Source: Candidatus Marinacidobacterales bacterium (GTDB taxonomy: Bacteria > Acidobacteriota > Vicinamibacteria > Marinacidobacterales > SMYC01). Taken from it: a stretch of 64,000 bases of DNA. The translations under genes and the position numbers were made by a program. Shown one piece after another: positions 10,778 through 20,131 of the stretch; position 1 is the stretch's first letter, and the number at the start of each line of letters is the position of its first letter. The notes beneath the pieces were generated by a model that did no database searches, had not been told where the DNA came from, and worked only from the letters and a program-made list of their open reading frames with translations. The DNA is taken from positions 1,120,001 through 1,184,000 of the forward strand of contig OZ250169.1 of the NCBI GenBank assembly GCA_965237955.1, in the 5' to 3' direction.

Positions 10778-11126
10778 AATGAGAGGTCTGCTCGGGAGCG
10801 CCTATCGCAGAGCCAGTGCTGCGTCGGCTGGTCTCCGCGAATTTCGAGAACGCTTCTAGGATTCGAGCTTTCGGGCTCTGTTCGTATTTTCGGACATGAC
10901 GGGGTTCATTAGACTGTTGTTGGGTTACGAGGACATCGCCGATCACGATGCCTTCCATGCGGAATAGCCTGCTGACGCTGCTGGCAGGCAAGACCGGTCC
11001 GACCGGTGCCAAGCTCCCCAGCCCCACAATCTGCGCATGGCGGCAAGGGCCGGTTGTCGGCGCGACGGAAGGCGGCAGTGATCTTGGAGCTGTTGCGCGT
11101 TTCTAAACCTCTTGGAGTATTGACCT

Positions 11127-11324
11127 ATGGCTCGTGTGGATATGGAGCGTATTGTCGAGCACTTAAGCTCGGAAATGAGGAGAGCTCTTGAAGATGCCGT
11201 CAATGAGACAGTCGACGACGCAGGTGTTGATGCGCATGAACTCTTTCGGGCTTTCCGGCGTGCAGTTAGACGAAACAGCAGCACGTGGGAACGTGTTCCT
11301 GATGGTTGCGTGAAGCTTGATTGA
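11127..11324 (+). CDS. Small hypothetical protein (65 aa)
   Basis: GGAG RBS, ATG, protein-like amphipathic composition (MARVDMERIVEHLSSEMRRALEDAV...). Confidence 0.6.
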   Translation: MARVDMERIVEHLSSEMRRALEDAVNETVDDAGVDAHELFRAFRRAVRRNSSTWERVPDGCVKLD

Positions 11325-11327
11325 TCG

Positions 11328-11595
11328 CGTCCTGTGCCAAAACTCGGCCCTTTTGAAATAGACGATAAATCAACAGCTTAGAGTTTGTGTTTGCGACCGT
11401 GCCAAGGGCCGTAGGCTCTACAATCGTCTTGGGCGGACGGGTCGTCACCATGCAGACGACCACCTGGTCGAGAGCGAATATCCAAGCGTGTTCCTGAAGC
11501 TGTGTTTCCACACTACGCCGGTCGAGCCCACCGAGGGGCTACCGTCGCCGACGACAATCTATGCCGCACGGTAGTAGTAGTTGAGAATGCCTCCC
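11328..11595 (-). mobile_element. Diverged end remnant of the long-TIR rve element
   Basis: Diverged copy of 4371-4633 including the transposase stop region, interrupted by the intact copy at 11596. Confidence 0.8.
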
Positions 11596-13023
11596 CGTCC
11601 TGTGCCAAAACTCGGCTCTTTTGAAATAGGCCATCAATCAGCAACTTAGTGTCTGTGTTTGCGACCGGGCCAAGGGCCGTGGGCTTTACAATCGTCTTGG
11701 GCGGGCGGGTCGTCACCATGCAGATGACCACCTAGTCGAGAGCGAATATCGAAGCGTGTTCCTGAAGCGGTTTCCACGCTACGCCGGTCGAGCCCGCCGA
11801 GGGGCTACCGTCGCCGGCGACCATCTACGCGGCACGGCAGTAGTAGTTGAGAATGCCCACAAGTCGCTCTCGCGACACGATGGGGCCAGCGTCATTCGCG
11901 CTTGCCGGCAGAGGTGTGAGGAGCTCGTTGCCGAGACCTTGGTGGTTCCGTTCTGTGTGATAGTGCACTACGTATTCGGTTACCGCTGTGCGCAGGTGTC
12001 GCTCACTGAGAGGTACGAAGCGGTCGAGACACTCTCGACGTATGGAGAGAACGAATCTTTCCGCATATGCGTTCAGATTCGGACTATTAGCGGGAAGGCG
12101 AAGGGGCTTCACGCCTGAATCTCTCAACAGCCCACGTACCGCCTCGGTGAATAGCGGGTCCCGGTCGTGGATGAGGTATCGCTTGCCAAGGAGGAAACCA
12201 TCCCACATGTCAGTGAGGTTTCTTGCCACCTGCTTCATCCACTCCCCGTTGGGGTCCGACGTTATCCCACCGATGCACACGCAGCGAGTGGCGATATCGA
12301 TGACAAACAGGACATGGTAGCGGACGAGCCCGAACGGGTTCACCACCTCGACGGTGAACAGGTCTGTCGCAGCGATGGCACCCCAATGAGCCTTGATGAA
12401 GGTGCTCCACGACATGCTCCTGCCCCGCTCCGGCGCAGGAGCGATACCGTGCTCGGCGAGGATACTCTTGATAGTGTTGCGTCCGAGTTCATGTCCTAGG
12501 TTCTTGAGTGCGCCTCGCAGGCGCGTATATCCCCACGTCGGGTTCTCCCGCGCCACGCGCACAATGAGCTCACGGATGTCCTTCGCCGTCGGAGGTCGGC
12601 CTGGACTCCGGTTCTTGCTGCCATCGTACTTGGCTGCGATGAGGTGGCGGTACCAGCGCAGAAGCGTAGCGGGTGTGGCAACGGACGCAATCTGGGCCAG
12701 CGCCTCGCGGCCCAAAGCCTGGGCCTTGACCGCGAGCCTGCGCCGGTCGTCGTCCGAGAGACTGAGACGCTTGCCCCGAAGCCCGGCTCGGAGCACACGG
12801 TTCTCCTCTTGCAGGTAGTCGATCACATCCTGCTGCTGGCGGTTGACCCAGCCAGCTAGAACGAGCAGTAGGAATTGCACGTGGTACGTCATCATGGACC
12901 TGAAGATAACACCCTCGGGCCAGACGATTGTAAAGCCTACGGCCCTTGGTCCGGTCGCAAACACAGACACTGAGCTGCTGATTTATGGCCTATTTCAAAA
13001 GGGCCGAGTTTTGGCACAGGACG
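11596..13023 (-). mobile_element. Long-TIR rve transposable element, intact copy 2 (1428 bp)
   Basis: ~100-bp TIRs enclosing one uninterrupted transposase ORF. Confidence 0.9.
11825..12895 (-). CDS. Integrase-core (rve) DDE transposase with HTH
   Basis: [48 protein letters not shown]. Likely ATG at 12895 (the longer ORF begins inside the TIR). Confidence 0.85.
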   Translation of the reverse strand: MMTYHVQFLLLVLAGWVNRQQQDVIDYLQEENRVLRAGLRGKRLSLSDDDRRRLAVKAQALGREALAQIASVATPATLLRWYRHLIAAKYDGSKNRSPGRPPTAKDIRELIVRVARENPTWGYTRLRGALKNLGHELGRNTIKSILAEHGIAPAPERGRSMSWSTFIKAHWGAIAATDLFTVEVVNPFGLVRYHVLFVIDIATRCVCIGGITSDPNGEWMKQVARNLTDMWDGFLLGKRYLIHDRDPLFTEAVRGLLRDSGVKPLRLPANSPNLNAYAERFVLSIRRECLDRFVPLSERHLRTAVTEYVVHYHTERNHQGLGNELLTPLPASANDAGPIVSRERLVGILNYYCRAA

Positions 13024-13235
13024 GGGAAGCGCGTGGCTCAGAAACAAGTGATCGGCTATGTGGGCTCCACCGGCTTGGCAACGGGTCCACATCTGGATTT
13101 CCGACTCATTCGCCATGGAAAGCCGGTCAATCCGTTGAAGCAGATCTATCCTCCCGGTCCACCTGTCGCCGTTGAGCACATGGACGCCTATCTCGAGAGA
13201 GTGAAAGAGCTCGCGGCAAGAATGTCATCGCCGAG
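13024..13235 (+). pseudogene. M23 family metallopeptidase C-terminal remnant
   Basis: [20 protein letters not shown]...VNP motif. Both ends cut by mobile-element termini. Confidence 0.8.
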
Positions 13236-13344
13236 CGCGTCGTGTCCAAAAATACAAACGAACTCAAGACCAGCTCGCCGGGACGTTTCGGAATAGACGT
13301 ATCTACGCTTGATTGGCCAATGGGAGCTAGAATCCTCGGCGTCG

Positions 13345-13469
13345 CGTCCTGTGCCAAAACTCGGCCTTTTGAAACAGACCATAATATCAGCAGCTTAGTG
13401 TCTGTGTTTGCGACCGGGTCAAGAGCCGTGCTTCGGCTACCCTGTGCCTTCTATTTATTCATCCGCACG
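13345..13469 (+). repeat. Stacked mobile-element end remnants (CGTCCTGTGCCAAAACTCGG and CCTGTGCCTTCTATTTATTCATCCGC)
   Basis: Direct sequence match to the termini at 4371 and 1811/1975. Confidence 0.7.
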
Positions 13470-13670
13470 GGTGCTTCCGCCATTAAGTGTTGGTAGCTGC
13501 CGCTTAACCCGCTCACGTGCTAGAGTTTGAGCCTGACTTCGAGAGACGCAGTCCTTTCGGCGATGCCGGCTGGGCTGACCACGCGGTGCCTGATGTTCAG
13601 GGACATCGTTTATGGCGTTCGCCGGCAAAGGCAGGCCAACTGACACTAGCATTCAACCGCGGCGTAGCAA

Positions 13671-14348
13671 CATATCTGGACTCCTCTAGTCAAGCCCCTT
13701 TCTTAATAAATCTTCCATCGAAGCTGCGCATCCATCGCGTCGTGACGAGTGGGTCAGACTGCAAACGTATCTTCGGCCTCAGTGAGGAGCGTCTTGGGTG
13801 CTCCGGGCCATGATGGAAAATCCGCGCGCGAGGAGCCAATCACTTTGAACGACCTCTTAGGGCCAGTGTTGCTATCGGCTTGACCCCGCGCCGGTCCGAC
13901 CGGTACGCCATCAGTTGGATGGGTATCGTCGCAGCCTCTTTTGGAAGGGAAAAAGGAAAACACGAAAGTGGAGCCTCTAAGTCTAAGCGGCCATCGGCGA
14001 CTGGAATTCATATCTGGACTCCTCTAGTCAAGCCCCTTTCTTAATAAATCTTCCATCGAAGCTGCGCATCCATCGCGTCGTGACGAGTGGGTCAGACTGC
14101 AAACGTATCTTCGGCCTCAGTGAGGAGCGTCTTGGGTGCTCCGGGCCATGATGGAAAATCCGCGCGCGAGGAGCCAATCACTTTGAACGACCTCTTAGGG
14201 CCAGTGTTGCTATCGGCTTGACCCCGCGCCGGTCCGACCGGTACGCCATCAGTTGGATGGGTATCGTCGCAGCCTCTTTTGGAAGGGAAAAAGGAAAACA
14301 CGAAAGTGGAGCCTCTAAGTCTAAGCGGCCATCGGCGACTGGAATTCA
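13671..14348. repeat. Tandem direct duplication, 338-bp period, of the IS1111 right end
   Basis: CATATCTGGACTCC... begins at 13671 and 14009. The copies appear identical. Confidence 0.95.
14095..14265 (-). ncRNA. Predicted bridge RNA / seekRNA (second copy at ~13757-13927), boundaries approximate
   Basis: Minus-strand GCCGA-TAGCAACA...AAGTGAT-TGGC target loop and TTCCA...AGATACG donor loop match the element's flanks and ends. Confidence 0.75.
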
Positions 14349-15352
14349 CTCTCGCGGGTGGAGACGGCCCAGACGATCCGGGCGAGTTTGTTGGCGACAG
14401 CAATCACGGCCTTGTTGTGTCCCCGCGAGCGGTGGACCTTCCGAGCCCAGGCGCGGAGCTTGTCGGGCGGGCTCTTACTGACGTTCGCCGCGCGGAGCAC
14501 GGCGCGCCCGCCCTGGGTGAGGAGCATACGGAGGTAGGAGTCGCCACGCTTGGTGATGCGTCCGAGGCGGCGAATGTCGCCACTGGAGTTTTCCTTGGGA
14601 ACTAGGCCGAGGTAGCTCGAGAAGCGGCGCCCCGATGGGAAGCGGCGAAGATCGCCGACGAAGCCCACGATGGCGGTCGCGGTCAGAAGTCCGATGCCGG
14701 GAATGGCGAGAAGTCGTTGGACTTCAGGAAGCTGCTTGGTGAGCGCCTTGAGCTCGTGCTCGATGCCAGCGCACTTGTCCTTGAGTTCTCGAATCTCGGA
14801 GCAGGCATCACGGAGATGCGAACGGAGCACGTCGGGCAAATCAGAATCAGCGTCTTCGACGAGTTCGAAGAGGGCGGGCACGACGAAGTGAGCGCCCTTT
14901 GGGATGATGAATCCGAGTTCGCGCAGGATCCCGCGTACGGCATTGATGCGTGCGGTCCGTGTGGAGAGCCATCCTGAGCGCAGGCGATGGAGCGCGGCGA
15001 GGCTGTGCTGGTGCACGGACTTAATGGGCACGGGAAGAATCTCCTCGTTCCTGTAGGCCTCGAGCAACGCTTTGGCGTCGGCGCGGTCGTTCTTGCTCCC
15101 GCGTCGATAGGGCCTCACGAGGTGAGGTGGGAGCAGGACGACGTCGTGTCCCAACCTTCGGAACGTCCTTGCCCAGAAGTGAGCAGAGCCGCAGGCTTCG
15201 AGAAGCACGGTGGCAGCGCTCTGTTTGGCAAAAAACGACACCAACTTGGGTCGACTCACACGGAGTTGCTTGGACACCTTCCCCGCTTCTCCCGAGATGG
15301 CAATCTCGAAGACGTTCTTTGCAAGATCCACAGCGATCGTCGTATCTTTCAT
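14321..15352 (-). CDS. IS110/IS1111 DEDD recombinase (transposase)
   Basis: IAVDLAKNVF, LLEACG, SKNDRADA, GLVPKENSSG, VIAVANKLAR. GGAGGAG RBS. Confidence 0.95.
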   Translation of the reverse strand: MKDTTIAVDLAKNVFEIAISGEAGKVSKQLRVSRPKLVSFFAKQSAATVLLEACGSAHFWARTFRRLGHDVVLLPPHLVRPYRRGSKNDRADAKALLEAYRNEEILPVPIKSVHQHSLAALHRLRSGWLSTRTARINAVRGILRELGFIIPKGAHFVVPALFELVEDADSDLPDVLRSHLRDACSEIRELKDKCAGIEHELKALTKQLPEVQRLLAIPGIGLLTATAIVGFVGDLRRFPSGRRFSSYLGLVPKENSSGDIRRLGRITKRGDSYLRMLLTQGGRAVLRAANVSKSPPDKLRAWARKVHRSRGHNKAVIAVANKLARIVWAVSTRESEFQSPMAA

Positions 15353-15530
15353 TCGGACTCCTCCTTTTCGATGCGTATTCGACTGACTTTGGCACATCGA
15401 TGCCGTCTATGTCAGCGGAGGAGTCCATTCCATCACTTGATTGTGAAAGCACCCGTTCTCGCATATGCTGGTACTTCCCTGCAATTCCGTAGAGTCGGTG
15501 AGAATGCAGGGACACGCTCCCGACACGGAG

Positions 15531-16478
15531 ATGACCACTGTGTGCACCATGAGATCGCTTCTCGGAGCTTCCGCGCTGGCTGTGGTCGGCACCGGACTGA
15601 TCGCCGGCAAGGCCTCGGCGCAGTCGGCGTCCGGCTTCTATCTGAACCAGGAGGTCGGGCTCAACGTCGCGTCGGCGGTTGAGTTGCTCGGCAACAGCAA
15701 CGACCGGGCCAGCCGCTGCGACGAGTTCATCAACCCCCGCTTCGCGGAGGTCCCCGGTTGTACCGACCCGAACCGCGGGTCGGGCGCGGGTTGGAAGACC
15801 ACGTACGACCGCGCCGCCGGGATGCTAGCTGGGCTGTCGGGCGGCTACCGGTTCGGCGGGCGGCTGCGAGTCGAGGTGGAGTGGTTCCATCGGGAGTCGG
15901 AGTACGACCAGACCTCGTCGGTGACGAGCGCGACCGGCGACACCTTCGCGAAGCTGGGCGGCGAGATCCAGCGGGCCGAGGACCGGATCGGCAGCATCTC
16001 GTCGCAGAACATCTTCGCCAACGTGTACGTCGACTTCCCCGGCCGGACTCGTCTGATGCCGTACGTCGGGGTGGGGGTTGGCATCGGCCTGACCGAGCTG
16101 GACTACGGCGACTTATGGGCGCGGAACCCCAACCCTGCCGCGATCGCCACGGCCGCGGGCCTCCCGAACGAGACGGAGATACGCCGGAACCTCGCGGCGA
16201 CCACGACGAGCAAGCAGGCAGAGTTGCACGACCGACTGACCGGGTACCAGGTGCTGGGCGGCGCAGACTATAGGATGTCGGAGATGTTATCGCTCGGCGT
16301 CAAGGTCCGCTGGGTGCGCTTCGGCCGCTTCACCGCCGAAGACATCGAATGGGAGCGCCTCCGGAGCCACGCGTCGCAACTGCGTCTTGACGGCAGCGAA
16401 CCGGTGACATTCCGCATCCGGACTGACGGCGCCCTCTCGTTCGTGGGCGTCACCTTGGCCATGCGGTACACGTTCTAA
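15531..16478 (+). CDS. Outer-membrane beta-barrel protein (OMP_b-brl / P44-Msp2-like)
   Basis: Signal peptide ...ASA|QSASGFYL, GYRFGGRLRVEVE, PYVGVGVG, terminal RYTF. Start could be 15531 or 15549. Confidence 0.8.
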   Translation: MTTVCTMRSLLGASALAVVGTGLIAGKASAQSASGFYLNQEVGLNVASAVELLGNSNDRASRCDEFINPRFAEVPGCTDPNRGSGAGWKTTYDRAAGMLAGLSGGYRFGGRLRVEVEWFHRESEYDQTSSVTSATGDTFAKLGGEIQRAEDRIGSISSQNIFANVYVDFPGRTRLMPYVGVGVGIGLTELDYGDLWARNPNPAAIATAAGLPNETEIRRNLAATTTSKQAELHDRLTGYQVLGGADYRMSEMLSLGVKVRWVRFGRFTAEDIEWERLRSHASQLRLDGSEPVTFRIRTDGALSFVGVTLAMRYTF

Positions 16479-16903
16479 TCGAGCAACGACGGCCCGCTCG
16501 TGTTCCCCGGCGCGGACGGGATTCGGTGCTTCCGTCATCAAAGTGTTGTTAAGCAGCTGCGTGCAGTGGCACGATGTCGGGAGAGACCGGGTTGCGCACC
16601 TCCGTGAACAGGAATACCTCCTAGCCGGGCTTCGGGGCAAGCGTCTCAGTCTCTCGGACGACGACCGGCGCAGGCTCGTGTATTGGTTCAGCGTGAAGAT
16701 GACAGCGAGGTTGGACGTTAACGCAACGCCCGGCGGCAGGATGTCCCCTATCGCCCCAGGGATCGTACCAGAGTGCTCGGGGGCGTCAAGGGTAAAGCGC
16801 GCTGCGCGCGCCGGCTTCGCCGCCCTTGACGCCCCCTGCGCTCTCTGGTACTCAATGCTTGTGGGCGAGAGGGAACGGAGTGGGGCTCCTGGGATCAGAG
16901 TGT

Positions 16904-17818
16904 TCATGCGGGCACCTTGTTCGCACGGCGCTCACGCCGCAGCTTCCGAGCCTGCTCGAGTTTGCGGTCTCGCTCCGACCAGATCTGGGTGGCCTTGCCA
17001 TCCATGAAGTCCAGCGGCGCAATGTAGCCGATCGCGCTGTGCAGGCGAACCCCGTTGTAATATTCGACGAATCGTTCCATCAAGCGGCGAGCCTCTTCGA
17101 GGCTCGTGGGGCTGGCAGGACGCAGGGCGTCCGATTTTATCGTCTTGTGCCAACGCTCGATCTTCCCGTTCGATTGCGGGTAGTACGGCGCGGTCCTCAC
17201 GTGCGTCATCCCTGAGATGCGGATGAATGCCTTGAAGTCCTTCGCGATGTACTGCGGACCGTTGTCCGAGATGATTCGAGGCCGCGCATCGGGGTACCGC
17301 TCCTTTGCTCGCTCCAAGATGCACTCCACATCCGCTTCCGTCATCGACTCACGAATCTCCCAGTGAACCACCGCGCGGCTCGCACCATCCAGAAACGAGC
17401 AGAGGTAGTAGAACGTCCCACCCAGGTTCAAGTACGAGATATCCGTGTGCCAGTGCTGGTGCGCTCGCAGCGGCTGAACGAAGCCCGTTCCCTTCTTCGA
17501 CGGCTTCGGGTTCCAACGGTCCAGACGACCCGCCTTCGACAACACCCGGTACGTCGTCGAGGGGCTAACTGCCACCACGTCTTCGTCCAGCATCATGAAC
17601 GTGAGTCGGCGATACCCGTCCAGTGGGTGGCAGTCGAAGTAGTCGATCACGGACTGGCGCTCCCATTCTTCGATCCAGTGATCCCGCGGCACCAGGCCGT
17701 TGTGCTCATTCACCTTCCCGTACCGCTTGCGCCAGTCGTAGAACTTGCCCCGAGCGATCCCGCACCACTGAACGATCTGCTGGACCGGAAGCTGGGTCTT
17801 GGTGGCGATTGTGTTCAC
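16904..17818 (-). CDS. IS3 family OrfB DDE transposase (joined to OrfA by -1 frameshift at A8C ~17881-17888)
   Basis: WHTDISY, IISDNGPQY, YPQSNGKIERWH, YNGVRLHSAIGY. Confidence 0.9.
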   Translation of the reverse strand: MNTIATKTQLPVQQIVQWCGIARGKFYDWRKRYGKVNEHNGLVPRDHWIEEWERQSVIDYFDCHPLDGYRRLTFMMLDEDVVAVSPSTTYRVLSKAGRLDRWNPKPSKKGTGFVQPLRAHQHWHTDISYLNLGGTFYYLCSFLDGASRAVVHWEIRESMTEADVECILERAKERYPDARPRIISDNGPQYIAKDFKAFIRISGMTHVRTAPYYPQSNGKIERWHKTIKSDALRPASPTSLEEARRLMERFVEYYNGVRLHSAIGYIAPLDFMDGKATQIWSERDRKLEQARKLRRERRANKVPA

Positions 17819-17843
17819 GAAGTCGACAACCTCGTCACGACGG

Positions 17844-18194
17844 TCATGGGGAATCCAGGCACCACTCAGGCTTCCCCAAGTTTTTTTTGAGTGTCACGTA
17901 CTCTTCGGTCACCTCAGCGATGATCTGATCCTTACGGGCCACCTTCGCCTCGAGACGGGAGAGCTTCTCCTCTAGCTCCTTCTCACGGCTCGGCGCACGA
18001 CGGAACGAAAACACCGTATGGGCTCCAGCCAATAGCTCCCTTTGCCATGTGTAGAACAGGCTCGGCTGGATTTCTGCCTCGTTGCATACCTCCGAGACCG
18101 GCTTTTTCTCGGCAACGTGCTGGCGCAACAGCTCTGCCTTTTGCTCCGCAGTGTGACGACGACGACCTTTGCTCATGACAGCTCCTTTTTCCAT
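17844..18194 (-). CDS. IS3 family OrfA
   Basis: HTH (RRHTAEQKAELL...FYTW) plus coiled coil, ending at a slippery A-run. Confidence 0.85.
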   Translation of the reverse strand: MEKGAVMSKGRRRHTAEQKAELLRQHVAEKKPVSEVCNEAEIQPSLFYTWQRELLAGAHTVFSFRRAPSREKELEEKLSRLEAKVARKDQIIAEVTEEYVTLKKNLGKPEWCLDSP

Positions 18195-19372
18195 GTGCGT
18201 ATTTTAACTTCAGGACTGTCATGTTCCAGCTGAACCGAAACACTCGCGGTCAAGGCCCAGGCTTTGGGCCGCGAGGCGCTGGCCCAGATTGCGTCCGTTG
18301 CCACACCCGCTACGCTTCTGCGCTGGTACCGCCACCTCATCGCAGCCAAGTACGATGGCAGCAAGAACCGGAGTCCAGGCCGACCTCCGACGGCGAAGGA
18401 CATCCGTGAGCTCATTGTGCGCGTGGCGCAGGAGAACTCGACGTGGGAATATACGCGCCTGCGAGGCGCACTCAAGAACCTAGGACATGAACTCGGACGC
18501 AACACTATCAAGAGGATCCTCGCCGAGCACGGTATCGCGCCTGCCCCGGAGCGGGGCAAGAGCATGTCGTGGAGCACCTTCATCAAGGCTCATTGGGGCG
18601 CCATCGCTGCGACAGACCTGTTCACCGTCGAGGTGGTGAACCCGTTCGGGCTCGTCCGCTACCATGTCCTGTTTGTCATCGATATCGCCACTCGCTGCGT
18701 GTGCATCGGTGGGATAACGTCGGACCCCAACGGGGAGTGGATGAAGCAGGTGGCAAGAAACTTCACTGACATGTGGGATGGTTTCCTCCTTGGCAAGCGA
18801 TACCTCATCCACGACCGGGACACCCGCTATTCACCGAGGCAGTACGTGGGCTGTTGAGAGATTCAGGCGTGAAGCCCCTTCGCCTTCCCGCTAATAGTCC
18901 GAATCTGAACGCATATGCGGAAAGATTCGTTCTCTCCATACGTCGAGAGTGTCTCGACTGCGTATTCCAGCCATCGTGAACGCCGAATCCAGAGCAAGCT
19001 GAACAGCGAATCCGGTGAAGCCGAACGCTCATCGAAGCGATGAAGTGTTGGGTGACCTCCTTTCCACTGATTGAAAACGTGAACCTATCTTACCTGCGTG
19101 TTGTGTAGCAAGGGGCGGCAGGTCGGTGCCGGAGGGAGCGGGCGTAAGGAAAGACGCGAAGCGACCTTCCCGCTCCCGTAGGCAGCGACCTGCCGCGGCC
19201 GAACCCCGGGCGATGTGGGGCTGGTTTCGGGGGGTTGCTGGGGTATGGCCTGGCTCGAGAAGACGCTTCCTGAGGCATTCTCGCGCGTCGTTTTGGCGCC
19301 GCATCGTCTGGTACCCCGGGTTTGGCGGTTTCACCCGTTTTTATCGCATCGACGCTGTGGTCCCTCGCTCGC

Positions 19373-20131
19373 TCATGCATCGGCGTTGTCAAATGCCTTT
19401 GGCGCAGCCTTGGTCTTTCTCAGAGAAGCTCCTTTGAGAGTGATGCGGTGCGCGCTGTGGAGAATGCGATCGCAGATAGCGTCTGCCTGGTTTGGGTCGC
19501 CAATCGCTTCGTGCCACTGCTTGAGCGGAATCTGGGTCGCGATGAGTGTGGAGCCACGCTCGGCGCGGTCTTCGATGACCTCCATTAGATCCCGTCTCTC
19601 CGATTCTTTCAGCGGGTGAAGCAGCCAATCATCGATAGCCAGTAAGTCCAGCTTGGCGAGTTTCGTCAAAAGCCGGGCGTAGGAACCATCACCACGAGCG
19701 ACCGCGAGCTCGTGGAGCAAGCGCGGTGCTCGCACGTAGCATCCGGTGAAGCCGCGACGACAGGCCCGCTCCACGAAGGCGCAAGCCAAGAACGATTTGC
19801 CAATCCCCGTCGGGCCGGTGATGAGCAGGTTATGGCGCTCACCGACAAAGCGGCAGTTGCCCAGGCTCAAGATCTGTTCGCGGTTTAAGCCTCGAGGCGC
19901 TTGGAAGTTCACGTTCTCCAAACATGCCGGATAGCGGAGCTTTGCCGCTCGCAGTCGTCGAGAAAGCTTACGCTGTTCGCGGGCGGTCCACTCGGCATCG
20001 ACCAGGAGTCCCACACGTTCCTCGAAGCTCAGCTCCTTGTATTCGCTCGAGCTCAACTGGGTTTCGAACGCGGACACCAAGCCGAACAACTTCATGGCGT
20101 TCATCTTTTCTATCGTTTCGGGTGTCAGCAT
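19373..20131 (-). CDS. istB: IS21 helper ATPase IstB
   Basis: GPTGIGKS Walker A, LLAIDDW Walker B, AICDRILH. ATG 20131 overlaps the istA stop. Confidence 0.93.
   Translation of the reverse strand: MLTPETIEKMNAMKLFGLVSAFETQLSSSEYKELSFEERVGLLVDAEWTAREQRKLSRRLRAAKLRYPACLENVNFQAPRGLNREQILSLGNCRFVGERHNLLITGPTGIGKSFLACAFVERACRRGFTGCYVRAPRLLHELAVARGDGSYARLLTKLAKLDLLAIDDWLLHPLKESERRDLMEVIEDRAERGSTLIATQIPLKQWHEAIGDPNQADAICDRILHSAHRITLKGASLRKTKAAPKAFDNADA

Larger units (their letters stand above)
14009..15432 (-). mobile_element. IS110 family, IS1111 group element
   Basis: Sub-terminal inverted repeats TGGACTCCTC/GAGGAGTCCA, TG core at both ends, long 3' non-coding region. Confidence 0.9.
13470..15453. 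mobile_element. ~224-bp MITE with GGTGCTT...AAGTG termini, interrupted by the IS1111 element
   Basis: Left GGTGCTTCCGCCATTAAGTGTTGGTAGC. Reconstructed right end (minus) GGTGCTTTCACAATCAAGTGA|TG|TTGCTAC. Similar ends at 16525, 25381 and 61250. Confidence 0.65.
16679..18242 (-). mobile_element. IS3 family element with 4-bp target duplication CTCG
   Basis: TGTATTGGTTCAGC...GCTGAACCGAAACA ends, CTCG at 16675-16678 and 18243-18246. Confidence 0.9.
16625..18958 (+). pseudogene. Third copy of the rve transposase, split by IS3 and truncated by IS21
   Basis: 16625-16678 and 18243-18958 rejoin to match 11825-12895. Additional frameshift at ~18820. Confidence 0.85.

Noticed and set aside
12985-13296. 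103-aa ORF as a real gene
   Set aside because: Chimera of TIR sequence, an M23 peptidase fragment and another repeat end.
7388-16478. Integron cassette array (isolated single genes, IS1111 present)
   Set aside because: No attC-like RYYYAAC...GTTRRRY hairpins or IntI were seen. The genes are in mixed orientation and bounded by MITEs instead.
16778-16836. Strong GC hairpin as REP element or ncRNA
   Set aside because: Single copy in the window and inside the IS3 3' region, so it is likely part of that element.
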